Origin: Dipteris shenzhenensis
Taxonomy: Eukaryota
Length of the DNA stretch: 64,000 nucleotides
Direction: 5' to 3' (one strand)
Assembly: GCA_047967505.1 (NCBI GenBank)
Contig: CM106538.1
Both the position numbers and the translations under genes were made by a program. This document shows, one piece after another, positions 52,101 to 64,000 of this stretch. The number at the start of each line of letters is the position of its first letter. The stretch's first letter is position 1. The notes under the pieces are model-generated. The model saw only the letters and a program-made list of their open reading frames with translations. It was not told the origin of the DNA and ran no database searches.

Positions 52101-52906
52101 ACCAGTTGCGGAGAGTGTTCCCAGACTTTATCATTGAGGACGCTGATGTCTGAAGAGGGAAGGAATGTTACGCTCTAGCCGAGGTAGCATGACCTCGGAA
52201 GAATTAGTTGACATTTCCCTTAAAGGATCTATGTTTGTAATATATCTGTTTGCGCTTCATGTAAATGATCGTCCTAGGTGAGGGCTGATAGCACCAGACT
52301 AGGTGGATCTAAGGCTAAGGGCCTAATGCAAGAAATGTGCCCAGGGGAAAAGGAAATTAAAGTATCCCAAGAGAGGGGTGAAAAGATGCATTAGGAAGGC
52401 CCTATGATGATGACATGTGGCATCTAGATCCATCTAGGGAGATGGGGCTTGTTGGAGTTAGTGAGAGAAGGAGAATGTACCTTCACGAAGGATTTGGCTG
52501 AATTCGATTTCTCTGTCAGCTCTCACGCTCTAACAGGAATTGGTAGGAGGATACTCGTGGTGCTACTCCCGTGATATGCAGTAGTAGAATAGGAAAGTTT
52601 GTGACATTAATGCCAAGGGAACTCCGAGGTCTTGCATTCTTTTCCATAGGCCCCCTCTCGGGACTGTCTCAAATGCCTTTTTAAAATCTACAAAACAGCA
52701 CAAAAGAGTTTTTCCTTTTAGTCCGCTTTCATCCATGAGTACACTTAGTGTGACTAGATGATCTGCAGTCCTATGCTCTTTATGGAGCCTGCTTGTCCAA
52801 TGGCCCTCTTCTTGGTCTCTTCCGTCCAAGTGCTAATTTTTGCTTCAAGCACTGTGCTAAAAAGTTTAGCTAGTGTGGAGCTGAGCATTATTGTTATGTA
52901 GTTTTT
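46200..52906 (-). mobile_element. 5'-truncated LINE (RT domain) split by the 47539-52606 LTR element; LINE sequence at 46200-47538 and 52607-52906
   Basis: CFVDFKKAF..V.R..LW (right part) continues to GVKQGCPLSPTLF, LLYADD, FKYLG (left part). Confidence 0.92.
47539..52606 (+). mobile_element. Ty3/gypsy chromovirus, internally deleted copy (element A)
   Basis: LTRs 47539-48000 and 52166-52606 (TG..CA); TSD TTAAT both sides; PBS TGGTATCAGAGC 48003-48014; PPT GAAGAGGGAAGGAA; protease FDSASTHN, partial RT, integrase, chromodomain-like LVAWHG..EATWE. Confidence 0.97.
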
Positions 52907-53329
52907 GTGACTTTGGTTATGGGGACTCTAGGTGCCTTAGTTAGTTCTACTTTCAAGAGCTTGAAAATTGACCTACTTTTAGTACCTCATGTCTTGGTCA
53001 ATATCTATCTGATTTTGATGCCGTTTGAACAAGGGTTTTACACACACCAATTACTCTTGTGGCATAATTTATACACTCTCCTCCACTTTTGACATCACTA
53101 TTGTGGCGCATTTGACATTAGTTTACATATATTTTTTTGGCAATTTGGGCCATATCTTGATCAATATTAATCTTCATCAATAGCTTTAGTAAGTCAAAAT
53201 AACATCCTCAAGCCAAATTTTAAGAAATTGTGTCTATTTTTATAGCAATATTTAAAAGCATCAATTTTTAAGGTCATTTGACACCCAAATCATGTCAACC
53301 ACAAGCAACCTTAACCTTGAGACTTTAGG

Positions 53330-53750
53330 AAAGATTGATAACTCAAATTATGGTACTTAGAAATACAAAATGGAACCAAATATTATTTTTTGTGATGGAT
53401 AGAAATATGTTGATGGTGCATTACAGAGACCCACCAATAATCCATTGACACAAGCACAATTTGACTAGTATAAGAAGGATATATATGGATAGCATTTGAT
53501 AGAGCAAAATGTATAAGATGTTATGTGTGGATGGTTAAATACAGTAAAAACATCAAAAGAGGCATGGGATATGTTTGCAACTTTGTATGAAGCAAAGAAT
53601 ACTTCTAGGATATTGACATTGAGAACTTAAATCAAAGAATACTTCTAGGATATTCAAAAATCAAATCACTCAAAGCTTCTGACATAGCAATGAATCATGA
53701 CATGCCTATGTACTAAGAGTCAAAGACATCGATACACAATTCTCTTGCTA
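53330..53750 (+). mobile_element. Ty1/copia gag remnant
   Basis: LNTVKTSKEAWDMFATLYEAKNTSRILTLR matches the copia gag pattern. Confidence 0.65.
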
Positions 53751-54889
53751 GTCAAGTGGAAAGCCATGATGTAGAAAGAAAAGAAAGATATATTAACGTC
53801 CACAGGAGGCCTCGCGGCCTATGGGAGAGTATGGAATCAAGTAACTCATACAAACCACTGTGGGTCGGGGCAAAGGGCTCACTAAGACCCTTGCTGAGTA
53901 CTAAAATACTATACTACAAAATAGCAAAATGGCATGAGGGTGACATGAAAATATCAAGTGCTTAGAGCTAGAGTCCCAAGTGCATGAACCGGCTCCACGT
54001 ATCCAGGCTCCATGGTGGCTCTCTGATGAGATGCAAAGAGCTCACGTATCTGCATCTATCGGGATGTCTCCCGTGGTGGTGGAGGGCGGGTCTCCTCGAT
54101 CTCTGGATCCGATGGGCTATGTCAAGGGTGACGCCTCGCCTTGGTCGATCCCCCCTAAGGAGAGCCGAAATAGGTTGAACCTCGATCGTGTGTGCTCTGG
54201 TCGCTTGTCGCATTGTGTACGGTCTCTATGTCCCTCGCCTAGCAGTGCTGCGTCGGCTCTCTCCACCGATCCATATATCTCTCATGTCGGCTAGCTCCTC
54301 CTCCTCTATCCCAGAGTGCCCTGGAGCTGAGTCAAATGCATAGAAATCTGTGACCTGTCTCTGCGCTCGGTCTACCTCAATATCCTGCAGTGCGGTGGTC
54401 TCATTGTGCTGCTCTCTGATATGTCATAGTAGTGTCTCCTTGTGTCGTCGCATATCCATCAGGAAGTGGATCAGTCGTGAGAGTGAGCCAAAGCCGTACT
54501 CCTCCTGAAAAAGGCAGTGGTAGCGTCCTCAGATCTCATAGTAGGTTGGGCAGACACATAGAAAGTGCTCCTCTGTCTTGACCGCCCCCATCGTGCACAA
54601 CCTGTAAGTCCGTTGCTCTTTGGGTATGTGTGCAACTCTCCCTGCCTCGATCCTCCGCTGATGGAACGAGACCTGCATCTGTCCGATGTCAATCCTCAGT
54701 GCGTGTGAGACTCCTCTGTCCTCGAGATACTGAGGTCTGATGATGAGCCCATCCTTCGATACTCTCAGAAAGCGGTCATAGTAGAGTTGGGTCTTGGTAG
54801 GGAACTCTTGGTCCCCCCCCCCCCCCCCCCCCCCAAGTGCGAGATGTGTGGAGCTGGAGGAAATCTAACTGTATGATGCGGTTAATCTC

Positions 54890-55380
54890 ATCCCATGGGA
54901 TCAACTCGGGCGGTGCATCCATGCTATACTAAAACGGGTGAAGCCGATCCATTTGAATGCCGTGACTGACAAACCATGCAGTGATGCGTGCAAACCATGC
55001 TATACCTACTCCACTCTCTGCTAGTCGTATGGAGGACTCTAGTGCTAGCCTCGGAAGTCTCTCGCGAGGTAGGTCCCAAAAATTGTGGAGGAAAGTCACT
55101 GTCTGAAAAATGGCATCAACTTGGAGAGGGGTCATGGCAAACTCTGCCTGTACTATCTGATGGGGGACCGAGGGCTTATTCCGAATCATCCTAGAGCCCA
55201 TAATCACCTGTAGCCACTCAAATCTCCTCCATTCTGCTGCTGAAATATCACATCCCTAAAAGGTGCCGCATACATGGCAGTCGGCCTCACTAGAGTGTCG
55301 AAAAGCCAAGACTTCGGCGGTGGATCCTGGAAGTCTCTGCGAGGTAGCTTGTCGTTTGAAAAGTGCTACTGTCAATCCAG
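54890..55380 (-). mobile_element. LINE RT C-terminal remnant
   Basis: AEFAMTPLQ...LPRERLPRLAL...WFARITAWF parallels the C-terminal part of the 46308-47450 LINE ORF. Confidence 0.6.
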
Positions 55381-55489
55381 TGGTTTGTCTCCCCAAGTCA
55401 AATAATAGAGAGGAGATGTTTGTGGTCCTCATGTGAGAGTATGCCTGAGGTCAAGTCTGTTGAGTCGTATTCTTTGGGTCTCTACTACG

Positions 55490-58400
55490 TGTTACGCTCT
55501 AGCCGAGGTAGCATGACCTCGGAAGAATCAGTCGACATTTCCCTTAAAGGATCTATCTCTGTCATTTATGTGTTTGCGCTTCATGTAAATGATCGGGAGG
55601 GATTTAATGTCAAGGTCCTAGGTGAGGGCTGATAGCACCAGACTAGATAGATCTAAGACCAAGGGCCTAGTGCTAAGATTGTGCCTAGGGGCAAGGAATT
55701 AAATGCATCCCAAGAGAGGGGTGAAATGTTGCATTAGGAAGGCCCTATATAGATGACATGTGGCATCTAGATCTATCTAGGGAATTGGGGTTTGCTGAGG
55801 CTAGAGAGAGAAGAGAAGATAATGATTCATATGATTTTGTAACGTAGATCTCTGTCTGGCTCGTGAGCCTTAGCGAAAGATGGCTGGGAGGAAATAAATG
55901 GTGCTGCTCCCGTGATCTTAGAAGAGAGAAAAAACAGAGAGTGTGTGACAATTGGTATCAGAGCTCAAGGCTATGATTAGGATGGGATTGACGAACAGCA
56001 TGGTGATCATCTGACGCTGACCTACGAACGGGCTTACGCAAGCAAGTATTGGGAGATAGAAGGTCTTCGCCGTAGAGAGTGGAGCTGTCGTGACGACGGA
56101 CGATAGGCGGGAGCGTACGTGACGGGTCGACAGCCGATGATCTGCGAGGTGTTCCACAAATGAAAAGAGGACTGTTGACGAACCATGGCTGGAACTCGGA
56201 ATTAGGCAGGTCTTTCGACGTGGACAGTCCGTGATTGACCGCAGATCAACGGAAAGCCTGGCACGGGAAACGTGACGTGCGTGGAACGGGACACGCAGGT
56301 GTCTGTGCTGTTGTTGGAGCGGAGGGGTCTCGTAAGGTGACTCGACGAAACGAGGTAGATGAAGAGCGCAGGAGGGTCTTGCTACTTGTGACCTCCATGC
56401 GACGGACTCATCCGACAAATTACAGACAAGTGGATTGGACGATGCGTGGTTGACGAACGACGTGCTCCATGGAGTCAGGGCCATGCATGGTCGCGAAAAT
56501 AGTTCGTGGGCAGAGGCTTGTTGACTGTTTCGTGGAGCGTGGGGATCCCAGGTGACGCAATGCAGGCTGGCTAGCCGTGGTCTGCTTCGTTGGCACACGT
56601 ACGTGCAGCGATCTGCAACACCAGCAGTCTGTTCGTAACTAGTGACTGGGGCTACGATCCAACGACAGTCTAGGACGCAGATAGGGGGCAGAAGCGCAGG
56701 ACTTGACCAGGGAGCTTTCTTTGATCTCCATTAGTTTCGTGTTGTTTTTTTTCCTTCTCGATTTAGTAGGGTGATGCGCTACTTTCATAGACATGATAAT
56801 GTGAATGATCAGCATGCATGAGGCTTCAATGTTGTAGCAGGGACAGATTATGCTTGTGCATATGCCTGTGTGCTTTAGTCAGAGTCAGATTGCAGGAATT
56901 TCCCTAGTATAGGGAAAAGCGCCATCTGAGATATATGCCTGTATTAAATGCCTGATCAGTGGGAATGTGGGATTGCAGGAATTCCCTAGTATAGGGAATT
57001 GTGCCAGACTGTTAGTACACTGAATTGTGTCAGCTTGTAAATACAGTTTTCTAGTGGTGTTTTTATTAAAAAAAAAAAAAAAAACCAAACAAAACAAAAT
57101 AAAACAAAACACCCATTGAACGGAATGGAAGTAGAAGAAGGGGCTTCCAGAAGGGACCCTTGTGAGTCAGGAGTCCGGCCGACCCAGCAGGGATCGCGCC
57201 CAGTAGCTCACACTTTATCTGGCAGGATTGCATTGCTGGAGGATGCCTTGCAACAGTTGTAGCGCAGCAATTACAAGCCAACGCAGGGCAATCTGAACTT
57301 AGGAGAGCGTTACAGAGTATGTCTGCCAGACCTTCTCGAGAAGAGAAGGGAAAGGCTCCAATGGAACTGGAGTCTAGTGTCCATACGGTCGAGCCTAGGA
57401 AGGCTAAAGTGCCAAATATTGCGAATTACAGACCGGAAAAGTATTCTGGTCGGATGAACGACCGTAGCTCCGATGTCATTGAGACCTGGTTACACAAATG
57501 GGACGAAGGGTTCGCCATTTGTGAAATCAGAAATGACATCAAAAAGATCCGCGAGGCCACCCACATGTTTAGTGAGGCAGCGGATCGGTGGTGGATCAAA
57601 CAACAAAAAGATGGCATAGCATCCACTACCTGGGAGGGGTTTAAACGAGAGTTCAGGAAACACTTCTTACCTCCTGACGAAGCATCCCGAGCTTGGGATC
57701 AATATAGGAACCTTCGTCAGAGAAATTTATCAGTGGCAGAATACACTGATAAGTTTCGAGAGAGTGTAATGAAGGTTGATGAACCCCTGCCTCAATCAAT
57801 CCAAGTGAAAGATTTCATATTTGGATTGAATGATCGAATAAAAATGGAAGTTCGGGCTAAGTACGCGAACACGCTAGATGATGCAATAGCTATAGCCATG
57901 AACTACGAGGATGCCAAGGGCAGCAAGCCAAGTGGGTTTGCACAGGTCGGAACCCAGTATGGGTATCCGAAGAAATCTGGGTTTAAGAAAAAGTGGGCTA
58001 GTAGAGGGAGTGGTTCGCAGCCGAGTGGTCAAGCCAAGCAGGCGAGACCGGCTGAAACTCCTAAACCAAGTACCACCATTGGAGTGAAGAGGAAAGTAAC
58101 CCCAATGGCAGCCCGGGCTTGGTCTAAGTCTCCCTTGAACCCAGAACAAAGGGAAAAAGCGAGGAGAGAAGGCTTGTGCTTTGGTTGCCTTCAACCTCAT
58201 CAGTGGAGAGATTGTCCACGTAATAAGGATCGTCGGATGGCTGAGATGGTGATCTCAGAGTGCGACGTGGAGATGCAGGGAAGTCCCAGAGCGGAAGAGA
58301 TGCAGATTCAGCTAGCGGGATCTTCTCAGAGGTTAGTACCTTGTTTGTTCTGTGTGTCTGTTGCTAAGTTAGTGACGAGTGCACCTGATAACATCCTATC

Positions 58401-61400
58401 TAAGCCCGCAGCAACGGGGCATACAGCCTTCAATGATACGGAGTTAATTAAAATGAAAGGGCAAGTGGCCAGTCATGATGTCATTGTGTTGTTTGACTCA
58501 GCGTCAACTCACAATGTGATTAACTCCAAGCTCGTGAAGAGGCTGAAATTAAAGACAAGTCCATCTGACTATGCGTATACAGTTAGGATGGCGGATGGAA
58601 GTTCAACTGAAGTATGGGACCAAAGGGTTACCTAGTTGGAGCTTCGGATTCAGGACTATGCTGAGAAGCTTGATTTTGAAATGACCAAGCTTGCTCATGC
58701 AGATATAGCCCTGGGAATGGCATGGCATTCTAGGAAGAATCCAGCCATTGATTGGAAAAAGCACGTATATCAATTCAAGATGAATGATGTGCTTTATGTC
58801 TTACGAGGTGAAAAAGATATACCTCAGGGACCGTTGGTTTCCGTGATGGAAATCAGAAAGGCTCAAGTTGAGTTTTTATTCCTTTGCACAGCATCGGTAG
58901 AGCCGGTGGATGAGTCTTCGACTAGCACTGAGGTTACGCAAAGTGGTGAGATGGCCAAGCTGGCTAATCTTATAACAGAGGAGTTCTCTGAGTGTTTTAG
59001 GGATGAACTACCTTATGGGTTACCTCCAGAGCGGAAAGTTCAACATAAGATTGAACTGATCCCGAGGGCAGAACCTGTAAATAGACCTCCCTATAGAATG
59101 AGTTTTGCTGAAGAAGCGGAGGTGCGTAGACAACTGGAAGAATACCTCAAGTTGGGGCAGATTCAACCAAGTTTTTCACCTTTTGCTTCGCCAGTGATAT
59201 TAAAGAGGAAAAAGGATGATACGTTTCGCCTCTGTATAGATTACAGAGCATTGAATAATATCACTGTTAAGCACAGGTATCCGATGGCTCGGATTGATGA
59301 TTTGCTAGATGCATTACATGGAGCCGTGATTTTCAGTAAGATAGATCTTAAGTGCGGCTATCATCAAACTCGGATTAGAGCCGAGGATGTGCATAAAACC
59401 GCTTTCAGGAGCAGGTTTGGTCATTATGAGTTTTTGGTAATGCCCTTCGGACTTACCAATGCTCCAGCAACCTTCGTCATGCTTATGAACGATTTACTAC
59501 GTTCGTATATCGGAAAGTTCGTAGTACATTTTATTGACGATATCTTGATATTCAGTAAAAGTGTTACTGAGCATCGTGAACACTTAAGGATAGTGTTCAG
59601 TACTTTGAGGAAAGCCAGTCTTTATGTGAATAAAAAGAAAACTATACTGTGTATGGTTAGGCTTGAGTATTTAGGGTTCATAATTACTCCACAGGGGGTA
59701 GAAATGGATCCGAAGAAAGTGGCTGCGATACTAACTTGGCCAATCCCTCAGAGTCTGACCGCGTTGCGATCATTCTTGGGATTTGTCCAGTTTTATAGAA
59801 GGCATATCAAAGGATATTCCGGAATAGTATCGCCATTGACTGATCTAACCTCGGATAAAGTACCTTTTATTTGGGGACAGAATCAACAGGAAAGTTTTAA
59901 CACCATAAAACAAGCTGTGGTCTCAGGACCGGTGTTAAAAATAGTTGATCCCTAGAAACCGTTGTTCCTAGAAACCGATGCAAGTGGCATTGCGGTAGGA
60001 GCAGTCCTCCTTCAAGAGGGAAGGCCAGTAGCCTTTGAAAGCAAGAAGCTTTCTCTCTCTCAAAGGAATTGGCCAACTCATGAATTGGAGTTGTATGCAG
60101 TTATCCATGCTTTGAAAACATGGAGGCATTATTTGTATGGTTCAGAGTTTTATGTGGATGTGGATCATGATACTCTGAAACATTTTTGTAAACAGCCTGA
60201 CTTGAGGGGCCGCCAAGCTAGGTGGGCAGAGCTCATGCAGGAGTTTAATCTAACGATTCGGTACCGAAGAGGAAAAGATAATAAGGTGGCTGATGCGTTG
60301 TCTCGCATTATGCATAACCTGAGTTTCACGGTATTAGAGAGTGCTCTAATGACCGAGATAAGAGAAACTCAAAAAGTGGACGAGTTTGTTCAGAACTTAT
60401 GGCTTAAGGCTCATGTGTTAAAACCCGGGGAAAATGAAAAGGATGACCTGGCATCCAGAAAAGGCCAAACTTATGCAAGATATACCATAAGGGATGGTAT
60501 GCTAGTTAGAAATGGCAAGGTTGTAGTACCTGGTCAGAATGATCTCAGGCAGAGAGTCATTCGACAATGCCATGATAGCCCGTGTGCGGGACATTCAGGA
60601 GTCGAGAAGACATGATCTCGTGAAGCGAGATTTCTTTTGGCCAAAGATGAAAAAGCATATTCATGAGTATGTGACACGGTGTTTCTCGTGTCAGGTAAGT
60701 AAGGCCGAGCGGGTGAAGCCACCCGGACTTTTACAGCCCTTGGAGATACCACTGAGTAAGTGGGAGAGCATTTCCATGGATTTTATTGTAGGGCTACCTG
60801 CAACACAAGGAGGATATAATTCTATCCTTGTGGTGGTTGATCGTCTAACCAAGATGGCTCACTTCATTCCGACTAGAGAGTCTGTTAGTGCCCCACAAGT
60901 GGCGGATTTGTTCATTAGACATATATTTCGTCTGCATGGATTACCTAGATCCATAGTGTCAGACCGAGATGTCAGATTTACCGGTCATTTCTGGACAGCG
61001 GTATTCGACACACTGAGGACTGAGTTAGGAATGAGTAGTGGGGATCATCCTGAGACGGATGGTCAGACGGAGAGAGTCAACCAAACTTTAGAAGATATGC
61101 TGAGGGCATATGTGTCATTGAGGCAACATACATGGGACAAGTGGTTGCCATTGTTGGAGTTTGCCTACAATGATAGGAAACATTCATCTACTGGGTTCAG
61201 TCCGTTTGAGCTGAACTATGGTTATAGGCCAGCCAATCCAACTATAGTTGGAGTACCTCAGAAAGTGCCTAGTGCCGCGAACTTTGTAGTTCAGATGCGG
61301 GAGATGCTAGCGCTTGCGAGAGCTAATATCCGCCAGGCTATGGATAGAGCCAAGGTGTATGCGGATGAAAATCGGTCTATAAGAGTATTTGAAGAAGGAG

Positions 61401-62296
61401 AAAAAGTTTTTCTCAGAATTCCTTCGCACTCGAAGTCGTTGACTTCAGGAGAGTGTGCTAAGTTATCACCTCGATACTGTGGGCCGTGGTTAGTTCTAAA
61501 GAGAATAGGCAGTGTAGCCTATAAATTAGAATTGCCACAGGGGTGTAAGGTGCACCCGGTTTTTCATGTTTCACGCTTAAAGAAATTTTTACATACAGGT
61601 GACTCACTAATCGAAGGTGTGGTTTTGTTTCAGGAGATAGAGGATATTGCAAGGCGCAAACCAACAAGAATCCTGGACCGAGGAACAATGCAAATACGAA
61701 ATCGAAAGATACCCACGGTGTTGGTTGCATGGCATGGTCAGCCTCTATCCGAAGCTACCTGGGAATCCGTATATCAGTTGCGGAGAGTGTTCCCAGACTA
61801 TCATCGAGGACGCTGATATCTGAAGAGGGAAGGAATGTTACGCTCTAGCCGAGGTAGCATGACCTCGGAAGAATCAGTCGACATTTCCCTTAAAGGATCT
61901 ATCTCTGTAATTTATGTGTTTGCGCTTCATGTAAATGATCGGGAGGGATTTAATGTCAAGGTCCTAGGTGAGGGCTGATAGCACCAGACTAGATAGATCT
62001 AAGACCAAGGGCCTAGTGCTAAGATTGTGCCTAGGGGCAAGGAATTAAATGCATCCCAAGAGAGGGGTGAAATGTTGCATTAGGAAGGCCCTATATAGAT
62101 GACATGTGGCATCTAGATCTATCTAGGGAATTGGGGTTTGCTGAGGCTAGAGAGAGAAGAGAAGATAATGATTCATATGATTTTGTAACGTAGATCTCTG
62201 TCTGGCTCGTGAGCCTTAGCGAAAGATGGCTGGGAGGAAATAAATGGTGCTGCTCCCGTGATCTTAGAAGAGAGAAAAAACAGAGAGTGTGTGACA
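55490..62296 (+). mobile_element. Full-length Ty3/gypsy chromovirus (element B), same family as element A
   Basis: 461-bp LTRs 55490-55950 and 61836-62296, almost identical; TSD CTACG; PBS 55953-55964; PPT before 61836. Confidence 0.98.
57319..61816 (+). pseudogene. gag-pol polyprotein of element B (gag, Zn knuckle, protease, RT, RNase H, integrase, chromodomain), disrupted
   Basis: CFGCLQPHQWRDC; FDSASTHN; MPFGLTNAPATF/FIDD; ETDAS; MDFIVG/SDRD/TDGQTER; in-frame TAG at 58633 and 59953; frameshifts at ~60610 and ~61800. Confidence 0.95.
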
Positions 62297-62759
62297 CTAC
62301 GTCTCATCCCATGCCGCCCTTGGCTCGGGTCACCGAGAAAAAGTTCATGATCGTCCTCTGGTTGGTGATGGGTCCTCCTTGTGCTCTCTTTTGTGCTCGC
62401 ATGAAGCCGTATAGGTCTCGAGGAGAAAACCATTGGCTGATTAAGATGGGCCAAGATCTCCGAGTGGGCAAAAAACGCTATGCGTTGTTGATCAGGATGG
62501 ACCAAGAAATTGCTACACGTTGCTGACCAAGATGGGCCAAGAAATCTGTGAGTGGGCCAAAATCGCTCCTAAATAGAAAGTGGTGCTCTCCACGTATCCC
62601 ATATTAAATAGGGTATCTAATGCAAATTGCTCCTCTATCTTAATCTCCTGCATATTACATAAAGTGTGATCTCTTGGATATTATATAAATGCGATCTCTT
62701 GCATATTACATAAAGTGCATATCTCTCTCACATGGAGTGCCCTTTGCCCATCTTGTCTC

Positions 62760-64000
62760 ATTCTACAGCCGATGATCAGATACTCAAAACTGCCCAATCG
62801 AGATCCTTAGTGCATGTGGAAGATGGATCTGAGTATAGCCTAGTGGTAATGTAAAAGCCTCTGAGATTTGCAAGCAATGATCTTTGTAGAAGCTGAGTTT
62901 TACCGAAAGCTCATGAGGTGCTAGCCAAGTCTTATACTTGTGGAGTTATAATAGATCTTCTTTGATGATTTGGTTCTACTAATTATAGGTGAGCGGAGTG
63001 GATGGAGTCTCGAGGCTATATGGAAATGGTAGGAGTTTGTCCCAATGGAGTCCTAGTCCTGCAAAACATCTGCATGTTTGAGCATACTAAGTCTTCTGAT
63101 CCCTCTCTGCCTCTAGTGCAGTAGATGAGGTCAAGGCAAGCCACGGTCCTTTGCATCATTCAAATGTCGTGGTGCCAAAGTCCTTGACGCTATGAAGATA
63201 TGTGACCACTTGAAAGGCTACATCAAGCTACAGAGGGGTAGCCCCAAACTCTGCTAGTAGAATATGATGTGGAACCGATGGATTGCTATGGATCATATAA
63301 GCAAAGAAGTAGAACTTGTATTCTCTCTACACAGGATTAGTTTGTCGCGAATAGATATGTTCCCAAAAGGGGACTGCCGTACATCCAACTAGATGAACAA
63401 GCAAGTAAAAAAGAATAGACTTTGTTCTGGGGTCCTAGAAATGGGAATGAAAGCACCGACGCTCGAGTCTGGCAAGTGGAGCATACCCTTTGCTCAAATT
63501 GGCCTTCATGGTTGGTCTCATTGTGAAGACTAGGCTTGAGAAAAGGACCCCCAAGTATGTACAGTATACAACAATCTCCACTGATACCCTATCGAAGGTA
63601 AACTGCTTTCGATGTGTGGCTGAACGAGATGTGTTGAAGATCATGACCTTGGTTTAACAAAGGTTGACCTTCAAATTGTGCGTGTCACAAAAAGTTTGGA
63701 GTGCATCCAAGTGTTGCAAGAGACCCTCGGTTGATGAGGGGAGTAAAACCACATCATTTGCATATAGTAGAATCGGGATCCCAGAACTAGCTAAGGGTGA
63801 AACTGCTCCTCATGAAGGACACAAGCTCATCAAGGTATAGGCCAAGCAAGGTCGGTGATAAGGACAACCTTGTTTGATCCCAATCGTGCTCATGATCTCC
63901 TTAATCCACCCAGTCAATGTCTTAACTCTGCATGATACGTGCTCATATAGTGTTTAGACTCTATCCAGATGATGTCTTGACTGCACCCTAGATGAAGTAG
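62760..64000 (-). mobile_element. Decayed LINE RT remnant running off the window
   Basis: IGIKQGCP.SPTL, ILLYANDVVLL, TYLGV on the minus strand. Confidence 0.8.

Noticed and set aside
58633-58635. Programmed gag-pol stop readthrough
   Set aside because: The TAG lies inside the protease, and element A has CAG at the same site (49678-49680), so it is a point mutation.
59530-59541. FIDD in place of YxDD as an unusual RT
   Set aside because: FxDD is common in plant chromoviral reverse transcriptases.

Overview
Repeat-rich eukaryotic DNA. It is inferred to be a large-genome land plant, from the Met-tRNA-primed chromoviral LTR elements, GT-AG introns and a calmodulin-like fragment. Bases 1 to about 18-19 kb (minus strand) hold a decayed giant Helentron-type rolling-circle transposon. 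Its transposase is 3x OTU-like / Zn / Rep (RGSxHxH) / PIF1 helicase / AP-endonuclease. Upstream lie co-oriented genes for an RPA-like OB-fold protein, an unknown protein and an atypical protein kinase, plus three arrays of hairpin-forming repeats. The largest array (15.7-18.0 kb) has 13 full copies of a 53-nt core that folds on the minus strand into a long stem with a GNRA tetraloop and covarying closing pairs, separated by 56-177 nt spacers. A mosaic of gene fragments, including a CML pseudogene, follows at 19.3-20.7 kb. From 22074 on the + strand runs an apparently intact Y-family DNA polymerase eta gene: nine exons were found, it continues beyond the window, and its motifs look Rad30/Eso1-type rather than canonical plant POLH. 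Its introns hold three Ty3/gypsy chromoviruses (one decayed, one internally deleted, one with near-identical LTRs), LINE remnants and copia remnants. All assignments come from reading motifs by eye; no database search or folding program was run.
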